The notes beneath the pieces were generated by a model. It was not told the origin of the DNA. It made no database searches and worked only from the letters and a program-made list of their open reading frames with translations. A stretch of 64,000 nt of DNA from the human T2T-CHM13v2.0 reference genome, Homo sapiens. Shown here piece by piece: positions 29,301 through 43,462 of this stretch. The first letter of the stretch is position 1; each line of letters begins with the position of its first letter. The stretch lies in the NCBI RefSeq assembly GCF_009914755.1, contig NC_060929.1, one strand, 5' to 3'. Position numbers and translations under genes: made by a program.

Positions 29301-29779
29301 GGTACAGACATGTCCTTGCGTATGCAGAGACATGGGCCGCCTCTACTTGGAGCAGCTTGCTAAGTCCAGTCAAAGGTAAACATGAGGTCGTTTCCATGAT
29401 TCTGCATAATAGTAGCAAGAGTGGCCATACTTAAGCCCGGTTTTGAGCATGTCACTCCCCAACTGTGAACTGTAGAGAAAAAAAATTCTAATCACGAGCT
29501 TCATGATCTTACAGCTCAGCCTCTCATTTTTATGTCTCCTCAATTACTTATTAAAACCTCTCATACTTTCTTAAAACGTGGGCAAGAGCCCTGCTCTAGT
29601 CCGTCAATATTCCACAGTCAGGGCACTGTCTTTAGCTCAGATTGGATGGTGTGAAATAAATAGGAATTTGACTTTATCCCCTTTGGAATAAAGCAGATTT
29701 TAATCTGGGACTTCTTTACAGGAATTTAGATAAACAAAGTAAAAATAAGAGGGTAGTTCATAGTACCGCAGAGGTACTA

Positions 29780-30454
<675 letters not shown>

Positions 30455-31588
30455 TGATATATATTCCTCTGGTGAACTTTAAGCACTTTGCAGGTTGTTT
30501 TTCTTGCAACACTGTCTCTCAAGTTCCCTTTTCATGTGAGGAAACCCAAAGTAAAGAGTTAAGTGGTTTACTGAAGAAGGTATGGCAGAGAGTCACAGAA
30601 TATTAGCAGGGGACATCTACATACCCAAGGGACTTTAAAAAATACTAATGCTTGAGTTACACCCTGAGAGATTTTGCTTTCATTTTTATGGTCTGTAACC
30701 TAAGCACTCATATTTTTAAAAATTCCTCAGGAGATTCCAGTGGGCAACTGGACCTAAGAATCTTTGACTTCTTAAAATCCATTTTACAGATGAGGAAATT
30801 GAGATACTCTGTGATTGAATGACTGGCCCAAATTAATCAATGTCAGGGATAGAAATAGACTCTGAGGACAACACAGAGATAGACTTAAAATTCTAATGCA
30901 TTAATAAAAGGAGCACGTCATAGTAAGTGATACATCTCTTAAGAAAGACCATTGTGACTTTAGCCTAATCTATAGTTAATATATCCAAGGAGAAGGTGAT
31001 GTCTACGTGGAAGCACAAAGCAGGTTTAGCAGGAGCATCACACTGGCTTGCCTGAGACCATGGAACATTTATGCTCTACACCAGTGCTCTCAAGTTCTGG
31101 GTGAATGTTTACCAGTGTTCATCTAAAGATGAATTGGCTTTCAAAGCATGTTTCCCATGGGAGAATAAAAGGCGGGGACCTGATTATCAGGTCCCATTTA
31201 GACAGATCTCCCGCCCCACCCACTCTTTTAGTGTTTGTTTTCTTATTTTCTTCACCCTCTGTTTCTCCTTATCAAAATAGACTTATGCAGGGCACCATCC
31301 CATTTTGTAAAAAGAGAAGATCTAAAGCTGTTACTTTTCTCTGCCTCCCTTTCACTGATTCTCGGAATCAGTGTACACCTGAGATCATGCAGGGTCTTAA
31401 AGCAAAGGGTTTAGGGTAATATTTTTCTTTAATGAGCTAGCCCCCAAACGCAGCCAGTTTTGAAATGGTAATAGTGATTGACGCTGTCTGTGGGAGAAAA
31501 GTTCCTGGGAATCCAGCAGTTTTCTCATCTAGCCCGGCTACATGCGCAGTTTCAAAACATTCCTAGTTATGTAAAAATTATAATATGT

Positions 31589-31885
<297 letters not shown>

Positions 31886-32909
31886 TTATAATATGTTGTA
31901 CTATGCCTTTCAACATTTACTGAAGAAGTTGGCAGAATCAAACAATGACTTATTTGGTGTCTTATGTACTAGTTCACAGAACTCTTCTAAAATGAACAAA
32001 AAAACTTGTCATTGTAATAGTTTATGGGTTATATGACCTGTGAAATTATATACACAGCCTGAGATGGATGATGTATCTGCTATAGGAATACTGAATGATG
32101 CAGTTTTCAGTTTTATTCATGAAGAAGTAAAATGTTTCAAAAATTGTTTCATATCAAATGGTTATTCAATTTCTTCAATGTGCATTTAGTTTTATCTGAA
32201 GGAATAAAAGGGGAAATACTGAAGGAAGAAGAGACAGTGTTGTTCAACTAAAGTTAAAGCAAGCCTCACTCCATGTTATCTGATTTGCATACCAATTAGG
32301 AAAGACTTATGACCAAAAAAAAAAAGGGAATTGGACTAAAGGGAAGTACATACTAAACACGAAAACCAATTTCAAACATTCTGTTCTGATTGTGTTGATG
32401 ACCAATTTCTGTTATGTACTTAGTAGATTTGAAGGAAGCTCAGGGATACCCCATCCATTGCTATCTCATGGACAAAGAAAGCAAGATTCACAGTTGTGTT
32501 ACTTAATCAAGATTAAAAAGAAATAGGTATAAATCGTTTTATACCTATATGTTTTTGGGTTGTATGTGATCTTGGGGAACATATCCCTTGAGTAAGTCAA
32601 AGTATTTATGATCATATTTTTGATCTCAGAAAATAGGACCCCTTGCTTTGACTGGGTTGAAGCTCAATATTCATTAGTAACTCATTAGTAATTCATCTTC
32701 ATACCAGCCTCACCAAGCCTGAGGCTCAGGAAGTTCCAAATAAAGTTAGAATTCAAATAGTTTAAAGTCTACCTCAAATTCAGCACAGAATTCCTTCGCT
32801 CAAACTAGTAGACCAGCTTGCCAAAGAAGATGGTAATCTGGATGAATAAAAATATATATCTAATTATCTCCATTTTTATAACATATAAGAATTCTCTTAT
32901 TCATTCCCA

Positions 32910-33430
32910 ATTTCTTTTTGGATTAAAATACAACTTACATACAGTTCACAAATTTTAAATATACAGCTTAATGAATGGTTACATAAAATACATCTCATAA
33001 CTGCTACAAAGATCAAGATACAGAACTTTCCCAGCATCCAAGAAGGCTCTCTGATGCATCACTAGATCTATAGTAACTACAGCTCTTCTGACCTCTATCA
33101 TATATCCATAGATAAGTTTTATGTAATTTTGATCTCATATAAATGGAATCATACAGTGTATAGTGTTGTGTATGTGGCTTCTTTAATTCTGCATTGTTTG
33201 TGAGCTTCATCCTGATGTTGTGTATATTAGTATTATAGTTTGTTCTTTTTCATTTCTGTGTAGTATTCCATCACATGAATTTACTATGCTTTACTCACTC
33301 ATTTTACTATTGATGGACCTTTGGGTTATTTCTAGAGCCTTGAGTTATTATGCCTAAGGCTGTTATAAAAAGAAGTGATACTTATTTCTATTGGGTGTGT
33401 ACACTCAATGAATGAAATTCCTGGGTCTTT
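32910..33430 (-). mobile_element. Old L1ME-like fragment
   Basis: catataaatggaatcatacag...gtagtattccat...gatggac antisense L1M 3' signature. Confidence 0.7.
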
Positions 33431-34449
33431 TTACTTTTTCTTTCGGCATCTTCTCTTTTAGTCCCAGACCATAATTTAACCTTTCTAAGTTGTCAGATGA
33501 ACCATAATAATGTTTATCATTTTAGGCCAGAGAAGTGTTCCAGGTAGCAAATTTCATGTCTTAAAAGGGTCCGCCAGTAGGGTTATGCTTTTCGTAGCTC
33601 ATTCCTATGGGAACCCTGATGGATTTTGCTCTCCTTTTTCCTTCTCCCCAACTTCTTGTTATTTGTGTATGTATATCTCCCCAACTCCTCATGATATAAG
33701 AAGAAGAAGAAGAAAAAAAAAGATAGACTATTGAAGGGGACATCTAAGAATGTTTTTCTCATCTATTCCGCATTGAGATAGTGTTGTAGTACAACAGAGA
33801 AGTGCTGGGTCAGAATGAAGGGACTGGATTTTTATATCCAGACCAGGCTTCTGCTTTCTAGGCTGGAGGCTATCGATTAAATCACATCAGTTATCTGCAC
33901 TTCAGCCAGGGGGTTCATTTGCATCAGTGGTTTCCAAACATGGCTGCAAATCAGAATCACTTGGGGAGGCTTTAAAGTTTGTTTTGTTACAAAAGTGGCA
34001 TAAGTTAGTGGAAAATATCAAATAACACAAAAGACTGTAAAATAAAATGTAAACATCTTTCCGCTCACAGTCTGCATAATATCTCATTTTCCTACCCATA
34101 AATTCCTAAATGTTGTTCTAAGGTTTTAAAATAAAGATCTCTGGGCCCCACTCCAGACGTAATGAAGGAGAATCTTCAAGGTCCTAGAAATTTACGTATT
34201 TGTTTAAAACTTCATAAATGATTTTGATAAACATTCAAGTTTGGGAATGAATCTCTTGATGAACATCTGAGACCCATTTCAGTAAAATCCATCCCCTACA
34301 CTCTACAAATTATGTGATTTAAGTTTGCCAACTGCTACCAGGATTGGCCCTAAGCATAACTAAAGCAACAATGGTTTTATTTTTACCTGTTCCTATTCAT
34401 GTTTTCTCTCTTCATCTTTAGCTGCTCAGTTTTTTTGCTTTAAAAAAAA

Positions 34450-34747
<298 letters not shown>

Positions 34748-37154
34748 TAAAATTTTTATAACTCTTTGGGCCACAGAGTGAAAAACTTTTAGTTGGAAGG
34801 TAGTGACACATTCTATTAAAACTCTAGCTACTTTTTGGTTAATCCCATAAACCGATTAGTGTTAATAAATTTGTTAGCTACTAAATGCATTACCTTTCCG
34901 AGGTAACATAATGCTTTATGCTAAAATGTAAATTCCCATGATACCCTTAACAAGTAGCATGGGGTTTGGCGGCTCCTTCCAAAATAGACAGAAAGATGCT
35001 TTTAGTCTGGCAAGCTTTCAAATAAAATTCACATACACAAACATTTGTTCATTTTTACCGTCACTAATGTTACTCAGTTCAAGTATCTGAAAAAGGGCAT
35101 GGGTTAAAAGAAATGGATACTAACTGACACACAAGAAATTGCTGGGAACTTAAATCACAATTAAGTAAAGTGGTTGCTATCACCAATTAATAGGAGAGGA
35201 AGATTTACTTAGATGAAAGATCCAGTCCATATTACACTACAGAACAATAAACTACCTCCTAAGCCCTTTACTACCCAAACCGTATAACTGTAGAAGAAAA
35301 AGCAGGAAAAGAAAACCTAGACATAATTGCTGTGATTAAAAAGGAACTGAAAGGAGACAATAAATATGTATTTAGCGCGGCCAAAGATTGGGAAGTAGGA
35401 AAATATAGAATTCAAGACATAAAACATAATCCCTACAAATGACAATGATCCAATAATTCTATTTTGAATATATACAGCATTTCTTTTATAAACTTGAAGA
35501 ATAATTATATCCATTACATCAAAAAAATTCTATTTGAGGAAAGTGCCAGTCATTTTCCCTCCATTTTATTTTCCCTTAGAAAAACTAAAGTAATAAGGGG
35601 TTAAGCAACTTTTTTAACTTCAAAGGGCAAAAGCTGAATGAGCACCAGTTGTCCTGCCTTCTAGAGAAAATCATAATTTTATACAAACATTGTATAAATT
35701 GCCTTTCTTACAGATGTATGCCTAAGCAGGTGAGTGTGTATATTATTTGGAGGGGTGGCTAATACTGAAGTTAAATATAGTGGTGAGAATGTGGAGCACA
35801 TCAAGTTCATAGCTTCACAACTTCATAACCTCCTTCACTGTAAGATTTTTGTCCAGGACACCCCTATTCTGCCTTAACACCTTATTCTATGAGGCTTAGC
35901 TCAGGTCTTGCCTTCCCTGACCACCCTCTGAGCTGGATGCCTCTTTCCTTTACCTCCACTGTCCCTGTCCATAATCCTGTCTTTCTTAGGCATTATCACT
36001 TTGATCTGAAATGTTCTGTGGGCGCAGCAGCCTCTCTACTTGGCTTTAAGTGCTGCAGGGAGCTTATTCACTCTTGCATCCTCATCTCTTAGCACAATGC
36101 CTGGCATAATGTCAGTGCTCAGCAGGTGTTAATAATACGTCCTGTCCTTCCAATGTCCAGTAGTTATTTCAGTAACTAAATCCTCTTTTTTAAAACCACC
36201 TTATGCAAAGTTAATCCTCTGTGGTTCAAAAAGTTCCAAGACAACTTAAAAGACAAATTTTCCATTACTTTGTCATCTCATCTGTCGAATTCATCTGTAA
36301 TTTGTCTAATTCAGCATCTCCCACTGTGTGTGTTCCCATGAGTTGGACTCCAAGAGATGCTCTTGGTAAGCGTATCTATGTGGGAAACATGTTACTCAAT
36401 CTAGCAAGGCAGCCAGTGCAGTGGTTTAGCACACAGGTGCTGGGGGCAAACTGCAGGCTCTGTCGGGCAAGTGATCATTCTGTGTGCTTCTGTTTCCTCT
36501 TCTGTAAAATAGGACTAATAACAGTTTTTCTCCCTCACAGGGTTGTTGCCAAGATTTTCTGAGTATTACACAAAAGGTTTGGAGTACTTAGTGCTAGGAA
36601 CATACTGACTACTATTATTAAGCAAAGTTAAACAATTTCTTTTTCTTATTTGGTTTTATTTTGTTTGCTGGCTGTAAGACTGCTGAGAGCCTTTAGCATG
36701 CTGATGTACCCATGAATCTCCAGGGAAGCAGTATTCCCCACATTTACTTGATGGAAGAGCTGCTAGCATATCTCAGGGGTAATGGGCCTCAAAACATACC
36801 TTAGGAAATTCCTATTTATAAATTTAAAAGAACGTTAACATTTTCCAAACCCAAATTGGGACACTGATTTGACCTGTATGGCTATAACTTGGGAGCATTG
36901 GTACATAATATTAATATTTGAAGAGAGGACTGGTCTAGCAACACAAGTAAATAATAATAATAATAATAAAAGCCCAAGACCTATGTGTTACTACAATTAA
37001 AATATTTCTTTTTTTAAAAAATCAAAGTACAAGTGAAGTGACTTTTATTGATATTAAAGTGGGAACTGCAAATATGGCCCAAATAAAAAACCATGTAGGC
37101 TTTACGTATTATTTTCTGACCCAGTTAAAAAACTATTACTTGACAAAGATGAAG

Positions 37155-37312
37155 GGCCAGACTTCCTTATTCAAAACCTCACGCCATTTATCTTAATTCT
37201 GCTGCATCTGATACTGACTTCCTCTAGAGCCAGGAAACTTTGCAAGTATTAAATAGCGTGAACGAAGGAGGGAAAGAAGGAAGTAACCCACCAAAGTGAA
37301 AAAGAGGAACAA
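37155..37312 (+). promoter_or_regulatory. Candidate GAPT promoter (ETS/PU.1 cluster, E-box, TATA-like)
   Basis: GGAA cores at 37161-37168 and 37217-37225 (AGAGGAAGT on minus), 37278-37284 and 37301-37310; CATCTG at 37205-37210; TATTAAATA at 37247-37255; strong donor downstream. Confidence 0.55.
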
Positions 37313-37383
37313 GTTCTAACCCAATGCAGGTTTAAAACATAACCAAAAGAACAAAAGAGAGAGCTTGACACACCAATCTTGAG
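37280..37383 (+). other. GAPT: Candidate GAPT non-coding exon 1 (start approximate)
   Basis: Ends at a consensus donor GAG|GTAAGT (37383/37384) downstream of the promoter-like cluster. Confidence 0.5.
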
Positions 37384-39552
37384 GTAAGTAGGAACCTGAT
37401 TTAAGGTATTTGGATGATTAAACACTATAAGAAACAAGTTTGTCTTTAATTAATCAATGATTTTTATCTTACTACAGTTTTTAGAAAAAAATGCCTTACG
37501 TAGCTGTAAGGGGGAAACCCAATTTACAAACTGAGAGTGATGTTAATGTTTCTTTACAATATGATTATGCTTTGCTGTTACCTTGTTTCCAAACAGCAGG
37601 GCATTCTCTTACTTGAAAATTCCTGAAGTTTCTCAACAATTTGCGATTTTAAGAAAAATGTCAAATTGTTAGGTAACCTGTTGGAACTGCTTTCCAAAAT
37701 GAAAACAGAGTCTTCTTTCAAACTGGTCAAAGTGAACATTATTTAAGTGTTAAACTATATTTGAATGGTTATTGTTTAAAATATGTTTTTCATTATAGTA
37801 GGTCTTTGTTCATGTCTCACAGGTTTTTTCCTCTAATGTTATTTCGAAGAAAATGATGCATTTCTTTTTCTGTAAAAAGTCTTCTTGTCTTTATCTTGGT
37901 AAATATCTCTTAGACAAACAATTTTAATATTTTGGATGTACCAGAATTTCTACTCTACATAGAATAACATAGATGGTAAAAATGCCTTTTCTTCTTAAAA
38001 ATTAAGAGAGTAATTTATTGCCTTATCCTCAGCTACAGAAGTGACAATAGTTAGCCTTCCTCAACCCTCACCGTGACTTCTGTTGCAGGCCTAGTATCTT
38101 TCAAAAAGTTGATTAATTTCAATCAATACTTAAAGTGTATTTTGTAAATTTATTTCAAATATTCTGGCAAATAACTTCTTAAATCATTAACCATGTATAC
38201 CATAAAATATCTTGCAGATAATTGGTGCTCATCTGTTTCAGACAGGAAATGAGGTCCTAATGATTAAAGTCATTTGGCTAAACTTTTGTCCTTGAACACA
38301 AGCACGGCTGGCCTTATAAAGGAGGGACCCTGCAGATTGTAAATCTTATGTGGCGGACCATACAGTTCTCAACCTCAATATTACTCCCAAAAATTCCAAG
38401 GAGATTAAAATGTTTCTGCATCTGGGGTGCTTGTCCCTGTATTTTTATCAAAAAATTGTATAAATTAGCTGCACATCTTATTTAATTTTCTTTTATGAAA
38501 TGTCAAATTAAATATTTGCATATTAATATATTCTAACCTTGGACAAATTTATGAACGTTCATTACCATTAAACTTTTCATGAAAACTCACTGAAAGCAGA
38601 GCACCACTTTGTGAATTTCTATTTTTCTTCTCATTGTTACTATTATTATCCCATAAGGAGATTACTTCATTCATTAACAAATGTCTAATAGATTAGTCAT
38701 TCTGTGTCTAATGCTGGTGTTGGTAATACAAAGGTAAATAATATATGATTTCCAACCTTCGAGAACCTCAGAGCTAATCAAGCTATACAAATTTTCTGAC
38801 TGATGCACTTAGTAGCATGTTACAGATATTTGGATAAATAATATTTTGGGGAAATTTTTACCTGAATTCTCATTCAGTCACATTTTGGTTGTAAGGAAGT
38901 TACTTAACTTCTTTAAGCCTCTCTTCTTATCTATAAAATGGTGATATGAATAGTACCCACTACATATAGCAGCTATAGGATTAAATGAGATAATCCCTGT
39001 AACAGTTTTTAAAAGCTGAAACTCTTAACTAAACATTATTGATGATAATAACATTCCATAGATGATAATAATCATTTCACAGGCACTGTTGGATCTATGT
39101 CTATGTCTAGACTGAAAATATACAGTAATAATGTTTTGTTGATAAAATCACAATGGAACATGCAGCCCAGTTGAACACTTCCCCTTCTTGTCTCCTTGCC
39201 ATTTTAAAGCATCAACAGAAAACAATGTAAAATCATCTTGCATGGAAGTTATTTTCTGAAAGCTATGAGAAAACCTGTGATACTAAGGATTTTGAAAATA
39301 CATTGGTTTACTTTAAAGATCTCATTTCATGTTTTAAGTATAAACTACACCCTTGAGTTTTAAACTATCATCTTAAGCAATTAGATGCTGACATTTGCAG
39401 TCATTTTTAAATGCATTATTTCATTCAATAAATATTGATTGGATGCATTTTCTGTGCTAGGTGTTGTGCCATTCTCTGGGAACATACAGATGAAATGACC
39501 TGAACCCTGCCCACCATTTAACCAAGTAAGAATACAATTCTCTCTCATTTAG

Positions 39553-39680
39553 GTTATCACGCTATAATAGAGAATGGACTCATTAATATGGGATTACAGA
39601 GGAAGGAATGGTTAAGAAAAAGACATGGCCTCTGACTGCTCCAAAAAAGGATAAGCAGGGCTTCACAGAAGAGGTGACAG
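39553..39680 (+). other. GAPT: Candidate GAPT non-coding exon 2
   Basis: Acceptor ttctctctcatttag| and donor CAG|gtaata, within L2-like sequence. Confidence 0.4.
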
Positions 39681-40297
39681 GTAATAAAGATGATTGCACG
39701 TGTCTGTATATGTCCCTTTTTTTCTATTGTGCTCAGAACATTATCTTTCACTCAAAAATTGTTATCCTAATTGTCAAAAACTATGTGGAGATCTAAGTGA
39801 TAAAACCACTCAGGGTTGGGCAGGGACAGGATTTTTCTAACTCTTTTTCCTTTCATCACAACGGGTAGTATATTTTATATTAAAAGCAGAAGCTCACTAT
39901 ATGCTGGTGTTTAATGCATTGGTGAAAATCAGTAATTTTTCTATGTTAGATAATAAGTATGCAATTAACATATTTTTAATTTATAGCAGGTTTCTGGATG
40001 GCAGATCATTCAACCTTCTTTTTCTTGAGTTTTCTACTCTGCTGTCATCTTCCACTCATTTCTGCTTCATTTTGTGATTCGTTAACAGAAAAGGAAGTGG
40101 AATGGAATAAAATCCCCCAATACAGTACAATTATACATTAATGGCTGTAATGTGAAGAGCATCACACACGAAGAGAGCCATCTTCCAGAAATAAGTTTAT
40201 ACACTCTCTCCTCTAATTGCATCAGGACTTTACCAGATAATGTTCTTCCAGATCTGAAAAGGAAAATGCCTAAAAGAGCTTCCAAACTCATTTTTGA

Positions 40298-40852
<555 letters not shown>

Positions 40853-40906
40853 CTTTTCAAAATATTGACTTTTGTTATTGGATGATAAATATTCACTGTA
40901 ATTTTT

Positions 40907-41307
40907 CAACAGCAAAGACAAGGAATCAAACTAAATGTTGATCAACTGTAGACTGGATAAAGAAAATGTGGTACACATACACCATAGAATATTATGCAGC
41001 CGTAAAAAAAGAACAAAACTAACATGGGAACAGAAAATCAAATACCACATATTCTCACTTAAAAGTGGGAGCTAAATAATAAGAACACATGGAGAGAAGG
41101 AGAGGAACAACAGACACTGGGGCCTACTTGAGGGAGGACAGTGGAAGGAGGGAGAGGTTCAGGGAAAAAAAAAATATCAGGTACTATGCTTAGTACACAC
41201 ATGATGAAATAATCTGTACACCAAACCCCCAAGTCACAAGTGTTCCTACATAACAAACCTGAACATGTACCCCTGAACATAAAATTATAATTAAAATATT
41301 AAAAATA
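40907..41307 (+). mobile_element. L1 3'-end fragment in the GAPT 3'UTR
   Basis: ggataaagaaaatgtggtac...aacaaacctgaacatgtacccctgaac; 16-bp TSD attcactgtRattttt at 40891-40906 and 41308-41323. Confidence 0.88.
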
Positions 41308-42174
41308 ATTCACTGTGATTTTTATGGTACTGATGCCATTCTTAATCAAGTTCTGATAAGTGGATGGTCTCTGCCTATCTCCACCTTTCTGAATCCTATG
41401 TGTATCGCTGTGGATTAATTCTAGATATCTTCTCCACCCTCCTTGCACCAGACTAAATCTGTATTATGTGATATTGATTCTTCCTTCTAAATATTACCCG
41501 TTATCTCTTTCCTTTATTTCTACCATTATCTTTATCTGGCTCAGAATTATTGTCATAGGCTCCTAACTGTTCCTCCTGCTTCTAGTTTCTACCCACTCAA
41601 TCAATTACCGATGGTGTTGCCAGATTTATCTTCAGAAAATATTCCTAACAGCCACATTATTTCTTTCACTTAAAATGTTTTAATGCCCCCTCTTTGCAAA
41701 AGACATAATACCCATAATTTGAACTCCAAAATTTATGGTTTTCCACAATTGGTTCCAATTCACTTTTCCAGTGACTTCTCTTACTATCTCTCATTTCTTT
41801 GCCTTCAGCAGAATCATCTTAAAACCTGCCAAACTTATCCTTCCTTCACAGCTTTGCTTTTCTGCCTCTTCTCTCAAGCCTGCTTCAGATCATAAGTTCT
41901 TCCACACATCTCCTGAATCACTCCAAACCCGCATTTACCTTTTTATTTTCTGATATAAGCTTTGATGCCTCTTCAATTCTTAGGACATTTAAACATATGA
42001 ATGTTGCCACAGCATTTTATTACCTAGCTTCATATGAAAATGTCTTAAATTCCCACCTAAATGAAAAGAAACTGCCCAAATGCCTAGAACATCACATAAG
42101 GCACTAAATGCCTCATGTTTTACTGACGGGAATTGAATTGTACATTTTGCTGAGTAGTTTTGAGAAAAAAATCT

Positions 42175-42180
42175 AATAAA
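42175..42180 (+). terminator. Candidate GAPT polyadenylation signal AATAAA
   Basis: AATAAA followed by a GT-rich element (tttgttgtgtc) about 30 nt downstream. Confidence 0.55.
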
Positions 42181-42374
42181 TTCATCTGTTATTCATCCAT
42201 ACAAGGAATATTTGTTGTGTCTTCTATCTACTTGCTATTGTGCTGTGCACCTGAGGGACATGGGTTGGTGGAGGGGTTACAAAATTAAAAAGAGAGACAT
42301 GGATCCTGAACACATACAGTCTAGTAGGAAAGAAAACATAGTAAACAAATGAATACGATGCTGCTCATGAAGCT

Positions 42375-42975
42375 ATGATAGCTCATCTCTAAATCCACTC
42401 TTTTATTTGCTCCTCTGAATTGCTTGACCTGGGCCTCTGCAAACATTTCTTTTGCCAGGTGGATCCATTCTATTCTCTACCAATAGGGGGCACTAAGGAA
42501 GACCGAAAGGCAGTAGGAGGCAACAGGGAATTGCTCCTGCCTATTCTTTCTGTTGCCCCCGCAGGAATTTATTGCCATGTGGTTTACTCCAGCATCACTG
42601 GTTGTTTGCAGCTTTCTAGTTTCTTCCATCATTCCCAGGACCAGCTTCTCTGCAACCTGTCAGAAGCACCAGCACCAGCCAGGTGGCACCCTCCCTTAGA
42701 CTCTGACAGCCAGACTCTCCTTCAACCTCCTGAAGTGGTGCAGGAGACAAGTGGTACCCTCAGAGTTCTGCGTCCCAGCCTGGCAGGGCTCCTCCTCTGA
42801 GGTCTGGTAACTCTCAGCCAAGATTGTTACAGTTACTATCTCTGTGGTACCTGTGTCCCCTTTTTTGTTTTTCCATCCTGCCAATGCCTGTTTAGCCAAT
42901 TATCTATATTAAATTCTCTCTGTTAAAACAAATTGATATGGTTTCTGTTTTCTAAGTGTACCCGGGATGATACAT
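42375..42975 (+). mobile_element. LTR41-like ERVL LTR carrying a CTCF motif
   Basis: gcctctgcaaacatttc..ttgccag...ccaatagggggcacta and attaaattctctctgtt 3' end. Confidence 0.55.
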
Positions 42976-43462
42976 ATCAAAATGGTAGTAGGTGCTTTAT
43001 AAAAAATTCTTTCTGTTTTTGAAACCAATGGGGTTGGGTAGGAGAGACTGTTTTAATTTTAATAGGGTGGTCAAAGGAGGCCTCGCTGGAGACCATTTAA
43101 GCTGAGACTTGAAGGCAGAAGGAAGCTATAATAAATGTGATGGGCAGAGAGTAAGAATGGGACCCACCCGTGAAAAGAATCTGGGGCCTAAGAGAATTTA
43201 TGGTGCTCTAGGAAGCCATTGTGGCTGGAGTTTCCTGAGGAAGGGTTGGAGTGACACCTGCTGCGTTGGTGAAGGAGGGAATGGGAGACCATGAGCTTCT
43301 CATAAGTCTTAGTACGTGGCTTTGACTCTATTATAGGTGCAACGGGAATCAGTAAAGGGTTTTAAGCAGAGACGTGATGATGACACTAGCATTTTTAAAA
43401 GATTTACTGGGTTGAGAAGTGACTGGAAAGAGGCCAAAATGGAAGTGGGTAGGATAGCTAAG

